Source: an uncultured Nitrososphaerota archaeon (GTDB lineage Archaea > Thermoproteota > Nitrososphaeria > Nitrososphaerales > Nitrosopumilaceae). From it: a stretch of 64,000 bases of DNA. Both the position numbers and the translations under genes were made by a program. A model generated the notes under the pieces. It was not told the origin of the DNA. It worked only from the letters and a program-made list of their open reading frames with translations, and made no database searches. Shown piece by piece: positions 1 to 10,720 of this stretch. Every line of letters begins with the position of its first letter. The stretch's first letter is position 1. The stretch is from positions 32,001 to 96,000 of the forward strand of contig CAWGPD010000003.1 of assembly GCA_963824385.1 (NCBI GenBank), read 5' to 3'.

Positions 1-148
1 TATCATAGGGACATACGTCTTTCACTTACTAATAAAATTAAGTCTAAGAAATCTAATTGTAAATTATTAACATCGATCTAAATCAGACAGTTGGGTATTC
101 CTCAATGACCTATTGTTATTATGTTTGAAAAAGACTTACATTGCTAGG

Positions 149-283
149 ATGATAACTCAGATTCTAATGGTGGATGAGAAAAAAGGTGTTTCAGTTATGA
201 AGAGGTATGAATTTGTACAAATAGAATCTAGATCAAATGATCAAAGTAAATGGTTAACAGAATTGATCGATCGATCCCTTTAG
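149..283 (+). CDS. possible 44-aa small hypothetical protein
   Basis: ATG149..TAG283 (MITQILMVDEKKGVSVMKRYEFVQ...), directly upstream of GINS; below the ORF-track cutoff; no recognised motif. Confidence 0.25.
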   Translation: MITQILMVDEKKGVSVMKRYEFVQIESRSNDQSKWLTELIDRSL

Positions 284-307
284 AGGCCTGAAGGAGGATC
301 GAGTAAA

Positions 308-823
308 TTGAACATATCAGAACTCATACAGGTGCATAGTATAGGATACCGATTACAAGATGTTAAAGTCAATTTTGTATATGATCTCAAAATAGAGGCA
401 CCTACAGTATCAGTAGAATCTAAACAAGGTGAGATAATGAGTGTCTCTAGATGGGTAGCCGAAGTATTATCCGCAGAAAAACTTGTCCAAGTACAAGACA
501 TGGATATGGTAGTTGCTTTGAAACAAGCAGTTATGAAAGAAAATGTTCAGGGGGATTTTGATCTTTCTACATTGGAATTGGACTTTTACATCAAAGTCAA
601 TTCGTTCACACAAAGACTTCCACAAGAAGATCGTGATAAAATAGAAAGCATGTTGAACTCTCTTATTCGTAAAAGACAAGGAAAAATAATCCGATTAGCA
701 GATTCATCAAAGATGACATCTGATTTAGCAAAGAAATTGACAATTGAAGAACGCACACTATTTGATTATATTCATAATAACAGCACTGAATTTAAAAAAC
801 AAATACTAGGTGATAAAAATTGA
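308..823 (+). CDS. GINS complex subunit (Gins23/Psf2-like)
   Basis: 171 aa; 'SVSRWVAEVL' and 'LDFY' GINS-like motifs; overlaps the mcm start, the conserved archaeal gins-mcm arrangement. Confidence 0.8.
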   Translation: MNISELIQVHSIGYRLQDVKVNFVYDLKIEAPTVSVESKQGEIMSVSRWVAEVLSAEKLVQVQDMDMVVALKQAVMKENVQGDFDLSTLELDFYIKVNSFTQRLPQEDRDKIESMLNSLIRKRQGKIIRLADSSKMTSDLAKKLTIEERTLFDYIHNNSTEFKKQILGDKN

Positions 824-2901
824 CTGTACAATCAGAATCTATTTCAAAAAGTAAACTTCAAGATCAAGTAAAAGAATTTTTAAGTCAATTTAAAGACAAA
901 TCTGGGTCTTACAAATATGTTGATGAAATAGATCAAATGATGGCAAAGAAAACACAATACATTGTAGCTGATTATAATGATCTAGTATCAAATCCTGAAA
1001 TTGAATCTGTGTTTAATGTTGATCCTGATGAAATTCTTAGAGCCTTTGGCGGTGCAATAAAAGATATTCTTAAAGAAAGATTTCCACAATATGCAGAAAA
1101 AATTCGTCATGATATTAGAGCCAGAATCTCAAATTATCCATCTCAACGTAGTTTGCGTGAAGTAAATGCAGAAGTTATTGGAAAAATGATAAGTGTATCT
1201 GGAATGGTTGTTCGATCTTCTGAAATTAAACCTCTTGCAAAAGAACTAGTCTACTTTTGTCCAGATAATCACAAAACTGTAAGAGTCCAAGAAAAAGGTC
1301 TAGAGTTTAAGGAACCACTCAAATGTGATAATGGAAAATGTACTCATAGAGATCTTGAGATAAGTCCTGAACAAAGCAAGTTTATTGATTTTCAGATGGT
1401 AAGACTACAAGAATTACCAGAGGACTTGCCTCCTGGACAATTACCTCATTACCTTGATGTTACAGTCCTGCAAGATTTGGTTGACAACGCAAGACCTGGA
1501 GATCGTATTATCCTAACAGGAATTGTAAGAATCGAACAGGAACACATCCCTACTATGAGAGGCAAGAGTGGGATTTACAGATTAAGAATTCAGGGAAATA
1601 ATATAGAGTTTCACAGGGGACGTGGAAACAAGGCTTCTAGAAGTACTGAAAGAGAAGAAATTTCTCCTGATGAAGAAAGAATAATCAAATCACTTGTCAA
1701 AAATCCTGATATTTATGATAGGCTTATAGCTTCATTTGCACCCCATGTGAGCGGACATGATATAATCAAGGAAGCTATCTTGTTGTTAATTGTAGGTTCA
1801 ACTCAAAAACTTCTTGCAGATGGTGCTAAAATTCGTGGTGATATCAACGTCTTTTTGGTGGGTGATCCAGGTACCGCAAAAAGTGAGATGTTAAAATTCT
1901 GTGCAAGAATTGCTCCTAGAGGACTTTACACATCTGGAAGAGGTTCTACTGCTGCAGGACTTACAGCAGCAGTTGTAAGGGATAAAATTGGTATAATGAT
2001 GCTTGAGGCAGGGGCAGTAGTCTTGGGTGATCAAGGTCTTGTCTGTATAGATGAATTTGATAAAATGAAACCTGAAGATAGAAGTGCATTACATGAAACT
2101 ATGGAACAACAGTCTGTAAGTATTGCAAAAGGTGGAATTGTTGCAACCCTGAACGCAAGGACTTCAATTTTAGCAGCTGCAAACCCAATGTATGGAAAAT
2201 ATGATCCTTTCAAGAATATTACGGAGAACGTTAACCTTCCAGTTCCACTTCTAACACGTTTTGATCTTATTTTTGTTGTGAGAGATATTCCATCAAAAGA
2301 AAGAGATACAAGAATAGCACGACACATATTGAACTTACATAGGGTTTCAGGAACTGATACAAAATCGTTAATTGATGTTGATATTCTTACAAAATATCTG
2401 TCATATGCAAAGAGATCTGATCCAAATCTTACTCCAGAAGCAGAAGATAAGATTCTGAATTACTATATGACCATGAGAAACGTGGAATCTGAAGGAATGA
2501 TTACAGTAACACCTAGACAACTAGAAGGACTTGTAAGATTAGCCACCGCAAGAGCTAGACTATTAATGAAAACACAAGTTGATGGCGAAGATGCAGAAAG
2601 AGCCATCTTTCTCATACAAAGTATGCTACAAGATGCAGGAGTTGATGTAAATACAGGAAAAGTTGATCTTGGAGTCCTTCAGGGACGTCCTCACAGCGAA
2701 GTCTCAAAAATGCAATTATTCATGGATGTAATGAAATCACTTGAAGGAGACGAAAAGAGACCTGTTGAGGAAAAAACTTTTGTCAAAGAATTGGTCAAGA
2801 CTGGCAAATTCACAGAAGAAGATGCAAGAAAGTATATGAAAAAATTGCAAAGAGAGTCAGCTATTTATGAATCAAAACCTGGTCATTATAACCGGGTATG
2901 A
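820..2901 (+). CDS. mcm: MCM replicative helicase
   Basis: Walker A GDPGTAKS, Walker B IDEFDKM, TRFDL arginine finger, zinc-finger Cys residues. Confidence 0.98.
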   Translation: MTVQSESISKSKLQDQVKEFLSQFKDKSGSYKYVDEIDQMMAKKTQYIVADYNDLVSNPEIESVFNVDPDEILRAFGGAIKDILKERFPQYAEKIRHDIRARISNYPSQRSLREVNAEVIGKMISVSGMVVRSSEIKPLAKELVYFCPDNHKTVRVQEKGLEFKEPLKCDNGKCTHRDLEISPEQSKFIDFQMVRLQELPEDLPPGQLPHYLDVTVLQDLVDNARPGDRIILTGIVRIEQEHIPTMRGKSGIYRLRIQGNNIEFHRGRGNKASRSTEREEISPDEERIIKSLVKNPDIYDRLIASFAPHVSGHDIIKEAILLLIVGSTQKLLADGAKIRGDINVFLVGDPGTAKSEMLKFCARIAPRGLYTSGRGSTAAGLTAAVVRDKIGIMMLEAGAVVLGDQGLVCIDEFDKMKPEDRSALHETMEQQSVSIAKGGIVATLNARTSILAAANPMYGKYDPFKNITENVNLPVPLLTRFDLIFVVRDIPSKERDTRIARHILNLHRVSGTDTKSLIDVDILTKYLSYAKRSDPNLTPEAEDKILNYYMTMRNVESEGMITVTPRQLEGLVRLATARARLLMKTQVDGEDAERAIFLIQSMLQDAGVDVNTGKVDLGVLQGRPHSEVSKMQLFMDVMKSLEGDEKRPVEEKTFVKELVKTGKFTEEDARKYMKKLQRESAIYESKPGHYNRV

Positions 2902-5022
2902 AAATAGAGCAGTTAGACATTCCTTCCTCTGCAATTGAATTTCTGCAAAAAAATGGATATGTAAATCTGTATCCTCCTCAAGAAAAAACAATCAAAGCTG
3001 GATTGCTTGAAAGAAAAAGTATCTTAGTCTCTGCTCCAACTGCAAGTGGTAAGACATTGCTTGCAATGCTTGCTATAATAAAACATCTTTCTGAAAAAAA
3101 AGGCAAGATTGTATATCTTAGTCCTCTAAAGGCACTAGCATCTGAAAAATTTAATGAATTTAAAAAACTTGAATCTGTTGACCTTGGAAAGGATTTAAAA
3201 ATTCAAATATCAACTGGGGATTTTGACATATCTGACAAAAGTCTTGGTCAAAATGACATTCTTGTGTTAACTAATGAAAAAATGGATTCTATCATAAGAC
3301 AAGGTGCAGAATGGATAGATGAAATAAGTCTTGTAATTGCTGATGAAGTTCATTTGTTGGGTGATGATGATAGAGGTCCCACCCTTGAAATTGTGCTTAC
3401 GAAACTAAAATTATTGCCACAAAAACCCCAGATACTGGCTCTTAGTGCTACTGTTACTAACGCTGACGAAATCTCTGACTGGTTAGAATGTACACTTGTA
3501 CATAGTGAATGGAGACCAGTTCCTTTGTCAGAAGGAGTGTATGATCAAGGTGTAGTAACCATGCAAGACAGAAAAAAATTTGAAATTGAAACAAGTATAA
3601 GAGGTCCACCAGTTGACTTGGGATTAGATTCGCTAAAGAATGGAGGTCAAGCCATTTTGTTTGCAGAAACAAGAACTCGTTCAGTATCGCTTGCTACAAA
3701 GGCATCAGAAGCAGTATACAGGACTCTAAACACTGATGAAAAAGAATCATTAGAAAAAATCTCACAAAAAATTCTAAATGATAATGAACAAACTGAACTT
3801 GTCAAGACCTTGGCAACTCTAGTTAAAAATGGAGTAGCATTTCACCATGCCGGTCTTAATCAGAACTGCAGAGATCTAATCGAGTCTGAATTTAGAAATA
3901 AAAGAATAAAAATTCTAGCATCCACTCCCACCTTGGCTGCAGGAGTGAATCTTCCTGCAAGAAGAGTAGTTGTTGCTAATGTGACTAGATTTGATGCAAA
4001 GTATGGGGCTAACAAACCAATTAGCATACTTGAATACAAGCAGCTATGTGGTCGTGCAGGTAGACCACAATATGATGAATATGGGGAGGCAATCATCGTT
4101 GCTAACTCAAATAGTGAAGAAATTTTTGATTATTACATAAATGGAATTCCGGAACCAATTTCTTCAAAGCTTACTGGAGACAAGGCATTAAGGATACATC
4201 TTCTTAGGCTTTGTATCTACCAGTCCTGGTATCAAAGGAGAGGATATAGTAGAATTTTTTTCAAAGACACTTTCAGGTTCTCAAGAACGAAAGACTACAA
4301 TAAAATTTCATGTTCAAATTACTCTGAGATATCTTGAATCTGAAGAACTTGTAAAACAAAAAGGAAACAGGTATATCGCAACAGAATTTGGTAAAAAAAC
4401 TTCTACATTGTATATTGATCCTCTAACTGCAGTTCTATTTAGAAAATCAATTGAAAAAATTTCAAAAAAAGAACATACGCTTGGTTTGTTACATATAATT
4501 ACTAGCTCTGAAGATTTTTTCCCAAAGTTTTCACTGAGAAATAAAGATTATGAACTTGTAGGTACTTTGATTGAAAATTATGCTGATCAATTAATTGAAA
4601 ATATTTCAGAATATGATTGTAATCGAAGTCTTCTTGCAATACATGCTTGGATTAATGAATCCAGTGAAATATTTCTCTCTGATAACTTTGGTATCGAATC
4701 TGGTGATATGCATAGAATATCTGAAAGTGCAGACTGGCTTGTTCATGCACTTTATGAGATTGCAAAACTAGAGAAAAAAGATGAAATCCTCGATGAAATT
4801 GATACTTTGAGGTCCAGAATTACATATGGAATCAAAAAAGAGCTTGTTGATTTGGTACGTGTAAAAGGAATTGGACGAGTTAGAGCCAGAATACTCTTCA
4901 AAAATGGCATAAAAACTACAGAGGATCTAAATGAAATCACTACTGAAAAACTTGCAAAATTAGACAAGATAGGGCCAATTATCGCAGAAAACATAAAGAC
5001 ACACCTGAAAAAGATAAGATAA
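2898..5022 (+). CDS. hel308: Hel308/Ski2-like DEAD/H helicase (1-nt insertion at ~4207, probable sequencing error)
   Basis: APTASGKT, DEVH, GRAGRP in the first ORF; C-terminal HhH 'KGIGRVRAR' in the +1 frame; restoring AGGCT 4206-4210 to AGCT joins the two ORFs. Confidence 0.9.
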
Positions 5023-6008
5023 TGCTGGATAGAACAATCGCAGGAATACTGATCTCAACAATAGCATTTGTTACTGTTTATGCAATTACTCCTGGTCTGA
5101 TTAATACTCTTACAAAGAGAAACATGGTTGTAAAAGATTATAATAAAGAGGTTGCAACAACGGTCGCTCGCCCTGGAGGACCTTCAATACTTGCAGGAAT
5201 TTTGGCTTCTGAATTTGTACTCTACACATTCTTTCCTTCTACAGCAATATTGGCAATTATAATTACAACTTCACTTGCTTTTCTTGTAGGTTTTGCCGAT
5301 GACAGAAAAGTCCTTAGTGGATGGTTCAAACCTTTAGCTCTTGCGGGAACTGCAATACCTATAATTTTACTTGGTGTATATTATCCACATCTTGCATTTC
5401 CATTGTTTGGTTCAGTGCATATACCCGAACTCTATTTAGCGTTGATAATTTTTATGATTTCTATAACAGGAAATGCAATAAACTCTATTGATGTGCTCAA
5501 TGGTGTTGCAAGTGGATTTATGACAATTGCAAGTTTTGCACTTACAATTTGTCTTGTCATTGTACATAATTATGATATTGCACTAGCAAGTTTACCTCTA
5601 GGATTTGTCTCTCTTGCATTTTACAAATATCATAAAGTTCCAAGTAGAATATTTCCTGGAGATTCTGGAGTTATAACTATGGGAGCAATGTTTGGTACAT
5701 TAGCTATTGTTGGTCATGTTGAAGTTATTGCAGCAGTTGCATTACTTCCTGCTGTGATAAACTCTTTTCTATTTCTCTCAAGTGTGAAAAGAGTAATTGA
5801 ACATAGGCAGATTAAAGCAAAGCCTGTAGTTCATACAGAAGACTTCAGACTAATGGCAAGTGATGATAAATCAGCACCAGTAACTCTTGTTAGATTGATT
5901 TTAGCAAATGGACCTATGACTGAAAAGCAAGTGGGATTTGTAATTTTTAAACTAGCCTTTTTCTCTGCAGCATTGGCAATCATTACAGCTTTTATGATGA
6001 GGGCCTAA
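5022..6008 (+). CDS. glycosyltransferase family 4 (UDP-GlcNAc:dolichol/polyprenol-phosphate GlcNAc-1-P transferase, AglH/GPT-like)
   Basis: multi-TM protein; GFADD, NAINSIDVLNG and IFPGDSG motifs of the MraY/WecA/GPT family. Confidence 0.88.
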   Translation: MLDRTIAGILISTIAFVTVYAITPGLINTLTKRNMVVKDYNKEVATTVARPGGPSILAGILASEFVLYTFFPSTAILAIIITTSLAFLVGFADDRKVLSGWFKPLALAGTAIPIILLGVYYPHLAFPLFGSVHIPELYLALIIFMISITGNAINSIDVLNGVASGFMTIASFALTICLVIVHNYDIALASLPLGFVSLAFYKYHKVPSRIFPGDSGVITMGAMFGTLAIVGHVEVIAAVALLPAVINSFLFLSSVKRVIEHRQIKAKPVVHTEDFRLMASDDKSAPVTLVRLILANGPMTEKQVGFVIFKLAFFSAALAIITAFMMRA

Positions 6009-6011
6009 AAT

Positions 6012-6245
6012 ATGAAAGCAAAACCTGTCTACATCTACATTTTGCTAATGTGGACACTGATTATTGCTGGAGGAGGATTGCTTGTCCTAATTGTAGAACA
6101 TATTTCAATACATGGATTTGGAGCGTTTGATCATATACTGGATTCAATTGTAAAAGCAGCTATTGCAATGATACTAGTGGTGCTTTGGGTTTTGTTAATG
6201 TCAAAAATAAAGAACTGGATTTTCCAAAAAGAAATGAGTCACTAG
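6012..6245 (+). CDS. small two-TM membrane protein
   Basis: 77 aa with two hydrophobic segments; 3 nt downstream of the GT4 gene. Confidence 0.7.
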   Translation: MKAKPVYIYILLMWTLIIAGGGLLVLIVEHISIHGFGAFDHILDSIVKAAIAMILVVLWVLLMSKIKNWIFQKEMSH

Positions 6246-6720
6246 CCTCTCTTCCCAGTTCTTCTTCTTCTTGTCATATTCTTCTCTTGAATACTTGACT
6301 TTTGCTGGAACTCCAACTACAACACAATTGGGTGGAACATCCTTTGTTACCACTGCACCCATTGCTACCACACTATTCTTACCTATTCTAACTCCTGCCT
6401 TAATTACTGCCTTGGAACCTATGACAGACTCCATCTTCTATGGTAACTCCTATCATCTTTTTACTGGCAGGATATGGATCATTGGTTAGTGCTGCAGCCG
6501 GACCAATGAAAACATTTTTTCCAATTATGGAAAGAGGTGGTATGTAAACAAGTCCCTCTATCATAGTATTTTCTCCTATCTTTACATTGTAATCTACATG
6601 TGCAAGAGAACCAATCTTGACATTATCCCCAATCTCTGCATTATCTCCTACATAAGCAAAATGCCATATCCTTACATTTTTCCCAAGTTTTGCTTTTTCA
6701 GAAATGAAATTTGTTACCAT
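6242..6720 (-). CDS. hexapeptide-repeat sugar N-acetyltransferase (WbpD/WlbB-like); frameshift at ~6428; the 3' end is 6242 or 6201
   Basis: left-handed beta-helix repeats, 'LTNDPYP' and 'VVVGVPAK'; restoring AGCT at 6426-6430 gives ...[13 protein letters not shown]. Confidence 0.85.
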
Positions 6721-6726
6721 TTTATA

Positions 6727-6996
6727 TCACAAGTGCCATGGAGAGCCTTTTGAAACTATCTTATCAGGAAGAGTATTTTTGAACTTGTTTAAGAATTCAA
6801 TATCTTGATTTTTGTCTCGCAGTTCATCAGGCAACATTATAGGAATCTCTTCTATTATTGGATAATATCTTGAGCACTTTGAACAAAATATTACGCCGTC
6901 AGAAATAATTTCGTCTTTGGAATTAAATTCTACAAGCTCAAGTGGAAAGTGTTTGTCTATTGGACACGCTAAAATCTCTATCAGTTTTCTGTTCAT
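6727..6996 (-). CDS. Trm112-like methyltransferase activator
   Basis: 'LACPIDK...CSKCSRYYPIIEEIPIML' Trm112 signature. Confidence 0.9.
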   Translation of the reverse strand: MNRKLIEILACPIDKHFPLELVEFNSKDEIISDGVIFCSKCSRYYPIIEEIPIMLPDELRDKNQDIEFLNKFKNTLPDKIVSKGSPWHL

Positions 6997-7928
6997 TTTA
7001 GGTCTAGATAGATTGGAGTTCCTTTTTGGCTAGATAAAAGTGCCGCTTCTGCAATTTTGGTGGTATTCAAAGCATCTTCTGCTCTTACTCTTATGGGTTC
7101 TTTTCCCTCTATTGCAGAAATGAAATTCTTTATCTCTAAAAGCAATGGCTCTTCCATATCCTTGCGAGGTATTTCAGCTCCTGAACTGGTTTCAATTTTT
7201 ACCTCTTGTGTAATAAAATCTGAAGAAATTATTGCATCTCCACATACAGCATTGAATTTTCTTACACGTATTGGAGTAATCCAGTTTGATGATATGATTG
7301 CAACTCTGTTATCTTTGAAGCCTAGCATAATTGTTGCAAAATCCTCATGTTCGTGTCTTATTTTTCCAGATCTTGCAAATACGACTTCTGGCACATCATC
7401 AAATAACCACATGGCGGTATCTATGTCATGAACTGAAGTATCGTAAATGATTCCTACATCTTTTATGTGATTGGGCATTCTGTTTTCTCTATGAAATTCA
7501 AGCATTATCAATTCGCCATACTTCTTTGTCTTGACATATTCTTTGACAAGTGAGACAGCAGGATTGAATCTCTCTATGTAGCCACTTGTAAGAACCACCT
7601 TATTTTTCTTGGCTAGTTTGAGTAACTCTTCACCTTCATGTGAGAGATAAGTCATAGGTTTTTCTACAAAGACATTTTTCTTTTGCTCCAAGAGTTTTTT
7701 TGCTATCTCAAAATGAGTTGAGGTAGGTGTGCAAACAAATGCTGCATCAAATTGCTCAGAATCCATAAGTGAATCTAGGGATGAATAATAATTTACAGAA
7801 TATTTTTTGCCAAATTCTTCTGCACGGGATGTATTCATGTCACATATTGCAGAAAGAACTCCAAAATGAGAAAGAATTCTGGCGTGATTTTTTCCAAAGC
7901 CGCCAGTACCTATCTGAACTATTTTCAT
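6993..7928 (-). CDS. Gfo/Idh/MocA oxidoreductase (WbpB-like)
   Basis: GTGGFG Rossmann motif, EKP, ERFNP, DTSVHDID. Confidence 0.9.
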   Translation of the reverse strand: MKIVQIGTGGFGKNHARILSHFGVLSAICDMNTSRAEEFGKKYSVNYYSSLDSLMDSEQFDAAFVCTPTSTHFEIAKKLLEQKKNVFVEKPMTYLSHEGEELLKLAKKNKVVLTSGYIERFNPAVSLVKEYVKTKKYGELIMLEFHRENRMPNHIKDVGIIYDTSVHDIDTAMWLFDDVPEVVFARSGKIRHEHEDFATIMLGFKDNRVAIISSNWITPIRVRKFNAVCGDAIISSDFITQEVKIETSSGAEIPRKDMEEPLLLEIKNFISAIEGKEPIRVRAEDALNTTKIAEAALLSSQKGTPIYLDLK

Positions 7929-7929
7929 C

Positions 7930-8847
7930 TCAATACACCGATGTTATCCATTTTGAGTATTTTTTATTTTTGCCCATGGTGATATCTGAATAGATTGTTC
8001 GAAGCTTTTCTGTAATCTTGCCTACTTTGCCATCTCCAACCTTTTTATCATCTATTGAAATAACTGGAGTTATCTCTGCAGCTGTTCCTGTCAAAAATAC
8101 CTCATCAGCAAAATAAATCTCGGTTCTAGGAATTTCGCGTTCAATTGTTTGATAACCAAGATCTTTTGCTATCTTAATGACAGAATCTTTTGTTATCCCT
8201 TCCAATGCTGATGAGCTAGGTGGAGGAGTTAACAACTTTCCATTTCTTATAATAAAGATATTTTCTCCAGGCGCCTCACTTATGTTTCCTAGATGATCTA
8301 ATAATATGGCTTCATCGTAACCATTTCTCTTTGATTCCTGTGTCGCTAGTATGGAATTAAGATAATTTCCGCCCATTTTTGCAAGTGGCGGTGTAGACAT
8401 ATCGCTAATTCGTCTCCAAGAAGATATGCCAGTCTTTATTCCATTTTTGTTGAACAGTTCTCCAAAAGGAAACATGACTACAGCTGCATGTGTTGGGGTA
8501 TCTTTAGTTACATGTAGATTGATTCCATGTATGCCTACGAAATAAAATGGCCTTATGTAGCATGATTCTTTTACATTATTTTTTTTACAAAGATCAATTA
8601 TGGCATTAGCTATTTCTTTATCTGTAAATCTCAAAGAAATTGAATATACCTTACCTGAATTTCTAAATCTCTTTATGTGATCTTCAAGTCTGAAAATATA
8701 CAAATTTTTGGAATTCCAGTATCCTCGAAGTCCCTCAAAAACTGAAGTTCCGTAATGTATGGCGTGAGTCATAACTGGAACCTTTGCATCTTCATCCTTT
8801 ACAATTTTTCCATCAAACCAGACAAATTTTGGCACAAAAGGTTTCAT
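7930..8847 (-). CDS. ilvE: branched-chain amino acid aminotransferase
   Basis: HYGTSVFEG, AKMGGNY, LEGIT, EVFLTGTAAEITP. Confidence 0.95.
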   Translation of the reverse strand: MKPFVPKFVWFDGKIVKDEDAKVPVMTHAIHYGTSVFEGLRGYWNSKNLYIFRLEDHIKRFRNSGKVYSISLRFTDKEIANAIIDLCKKNNVKESCYIRPFYFVGIHGINLHVTKDTPTHAAVVMFPFGELFNKNGIKTGISSWRRISDMSTPPLAKMGGNYLNSILATQESKRNGYDEAILLDHLGNISEAPGENIFIIRNGKLLTPPPSSSALEGITKDSVIKIAKDLGYQTIEREIPRTEIYFADEVFLTGTAAEITPVISIDDKKVGDGKVGKITEKLRTIYSDITMGKNKKYSKWITSVY

Positions 8848-8883
8848 ATTGAAAAACCCAATCCGTCTATAATTAATCTATTT

Positions 8884-9480
8884 CTACCAAAATCCAATGC
8901 TTGGGAATTTCATTCCTAATACACGATATGTGAGATCCTTAGCATTTGCAAATTTCTTTACAATATCCCAGTTTTTGCGTATTATTTGTACTACTTCAGG
9001 TTCGACATAATTTTCCCAATCTGTATCTTTTCCCATTGCTGTCTCAAACATCTTTTGTTTTACAGAAGATGCCGAAGTTTCCTTTCTCTTTCCTATTCTA
9101 GGATTAAGCCCATAGAGTTTGAGCACAAAACCCTCAGCTTTGTCTCCGGTATACGTGAAATAATCTTTAGTTACTTCATCAAGAATTTGTTTTTTTATTT
9201 TCCATGAATAGGGAGATAACATGGGAGGCATGTATTTTGCAAATGGTGCATAGAACGTATAATTTGGTAAAACAGTAATACTGTCACCAAATACTGCTTT
9301 GAGCATTCTCTTTCTCAAGTCATAACTGAATGGAAAACTTCTACTGTTGATTTCTTTACCATCCTTCATGAATATAACTGGCAATACTCTTACCTCATTT
9401 TCATTTTTTAATTCATTGATAATTTCTACGTGAGCCTTGGTTACGGGATTCAAATGTGCAAGATATATTGCAATTGTCAA
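8884..9480 (-). CDS. HIGH-superfamily nucleotidyltransferase-like protein
   Basis: N-terminal 'HLNPVTKAH', 'PFSYDLRKRM' and C-terminal 'SASSVK...WENYVEPEV' resemble the NMNAT/cytidylyltransferase fold. Confidence 0.6.
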   Translation of the reverse strand: MTIAIYLAHLNPVTKAHVEIINELKNENEVRVLPVIFMKDGKEINSRSFPFSYDLRKRMLKAVFGDSITVLPNYTFYAPFAKYMPPMLSPYSWKIKKQILDEVTKDYFTYTGDKAEGFVLKLYGLNPRIGKRKETSASSVKQKMFETAMGKDTDWENYVEPEVVQIIRKNWDIVKKFANAKDLTYRVLGMKFPSIGFW

Positions 9481-9544
9481 CTGGCTTCAGTATTTTCATG
9501 GCATATTTCAATCATTTAGAATTGTGAGAAAATTCTCAAGAATA

Positions 9545-9618
9545 TAGGGACGATGGGACTTGAACCCACGACATCCAGCGCCCGAGGCTGGCAGTCTACC
9601 AAGTTAACCTACGTCCCT
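9545..9618 (-). tRNA. tRNA-Pro(CGG)
   Basis: reverse complement folds as a cloverleaf; anticodon arm CCAGC-CTCGGGC-GCTGG; T-loop TTCAAGT. Confidence 0.93.
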
Positions 9619-9667
9619 GTAGACTCGCCAAAGTAATAGAATATTATTCTTTCAAAGAATGCTTTTT

Positions 9668-10510
9668 TTATCCGTATGATTCGTATTTGATCTCAAAGCT
9701 TTTGTCTGCTCGCTTGGTTCTTTCTGTGACAAAGCCTTTTGGTGTTAAAACATCCATACACCCATCAATAGTTCCTTGCCATCCACAAATGAAGAATACA
9801 GTATTGTCTTTTGTGATTTTCTCACCAACCATCTTTTCAAGTGTCGACATTTCTCCATCTTTTGATTGTAAGAAACTCTCTACTCTTCCTTTATTGCCAT
9901 TCCAAGTTCTGTTGAACCATTCATCTGGTCTACTAATAGTAGCCCTGTATTTGAAATTCCATTTGTCTTTTCCTCTATCCAGACTTTCCTCTTCTAGTCG
10001 AGTTAATTCTTCTCTGTAACCTAATTCATCAACATAACTAACTCCGTGAAATACTACGACTTCTCTTTTACTTCCTATTGCATGAAGATGTTTTGCATAA
10101 CTTACAAATGGTGCAAGACCTGTGCCACCGCCAAGACATACTATTCTTCTATTGTCAGGTTCACCATCTGGTTTCTTATCTTCTATAGTAAAAGGACCAG
10201 TTGGTTTTAACCAAATTATTTCATCTCCTTCTTTTGCACTAAACAAAACTGTAGTAAGACGTCCTGGAAGTGGTTTTCTAACCCATCTTATGTATAATTC
10301 AATATATTTTCTGTTTTCTGGATTTGATGCAATTGAGTATGCTCTTCGAATAACTTTATTCTCTGCTGGAATATGCGCTCCAAGTGTAAGAAATTGTCCA
10401 GCTTTGTATTGTGGAACTTCACCGCCATCTTTTGGTTTGAATCTGAAAACTCCTAAATCTTCTTTCTGAATTTGGATGTAGGAAATTATCGCTTTACTGT
10501 CTACGACCAC
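9668..10510 (-). CDS. ferredoxin--NADP(+) reductase
   Basis: RRAYSIAS, GGTGLAPF, FICG, C-terminal aromatic residue. Confidence 0.9.
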   Translation of the reverse strand: MVVDSKAIISYIQIQKEDLGVFRFKPKDGGEVPQYKAGQFLTLGAHIPAENKVIRRAYSIASNPENRKYIELYIRWVRKPLPGRLTTVLFSAKEGDEIIWLKPTGPFTIEDKKPDGEPDNRRIVCLGGGTGLAPFVSYAKHLHAIGSKREVVVFHGVSYVDELGYREELTRLEEESLDRGKDKWNFKYRATISRPDEWFNRTWNGNKGRVESFLQSKDGEMSTLEKMVGEKITKDNTVFFICGWQGTIDGCMDVLTPKGFVTERTKRADKSFEIKYESYG

Positions 10511-10641
10511 GTGAAGTTTTTGATTTAGAAGGTTAAATATCTTATGCTGTTATTTTGCATACAAATTTTGATTCACGCTAAACGTTAATAACCTCTCAAA
10601 AAAAGTTAATGCAAATCAGATGTAATATTCTGATTGAATAT

Positions 10642-10715
10642 GGGCCGGTCGTCTAGCCTAGTAGGATACGCCCTTGGCATGGGTGAGATCGTGGGTTCAA
10701 ATCCCACCCGGTCCA
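10642..10715 (+). tRNA. tRNA-Ala(GGC)
   Basis: G3:U70 acceptor pair; anticodon loop TTGGCAT; T-arm GTGGG-TTCAAAT-CCCAC. Confidence 0.95.
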
Positions 10716-10720
10716 CTTTT

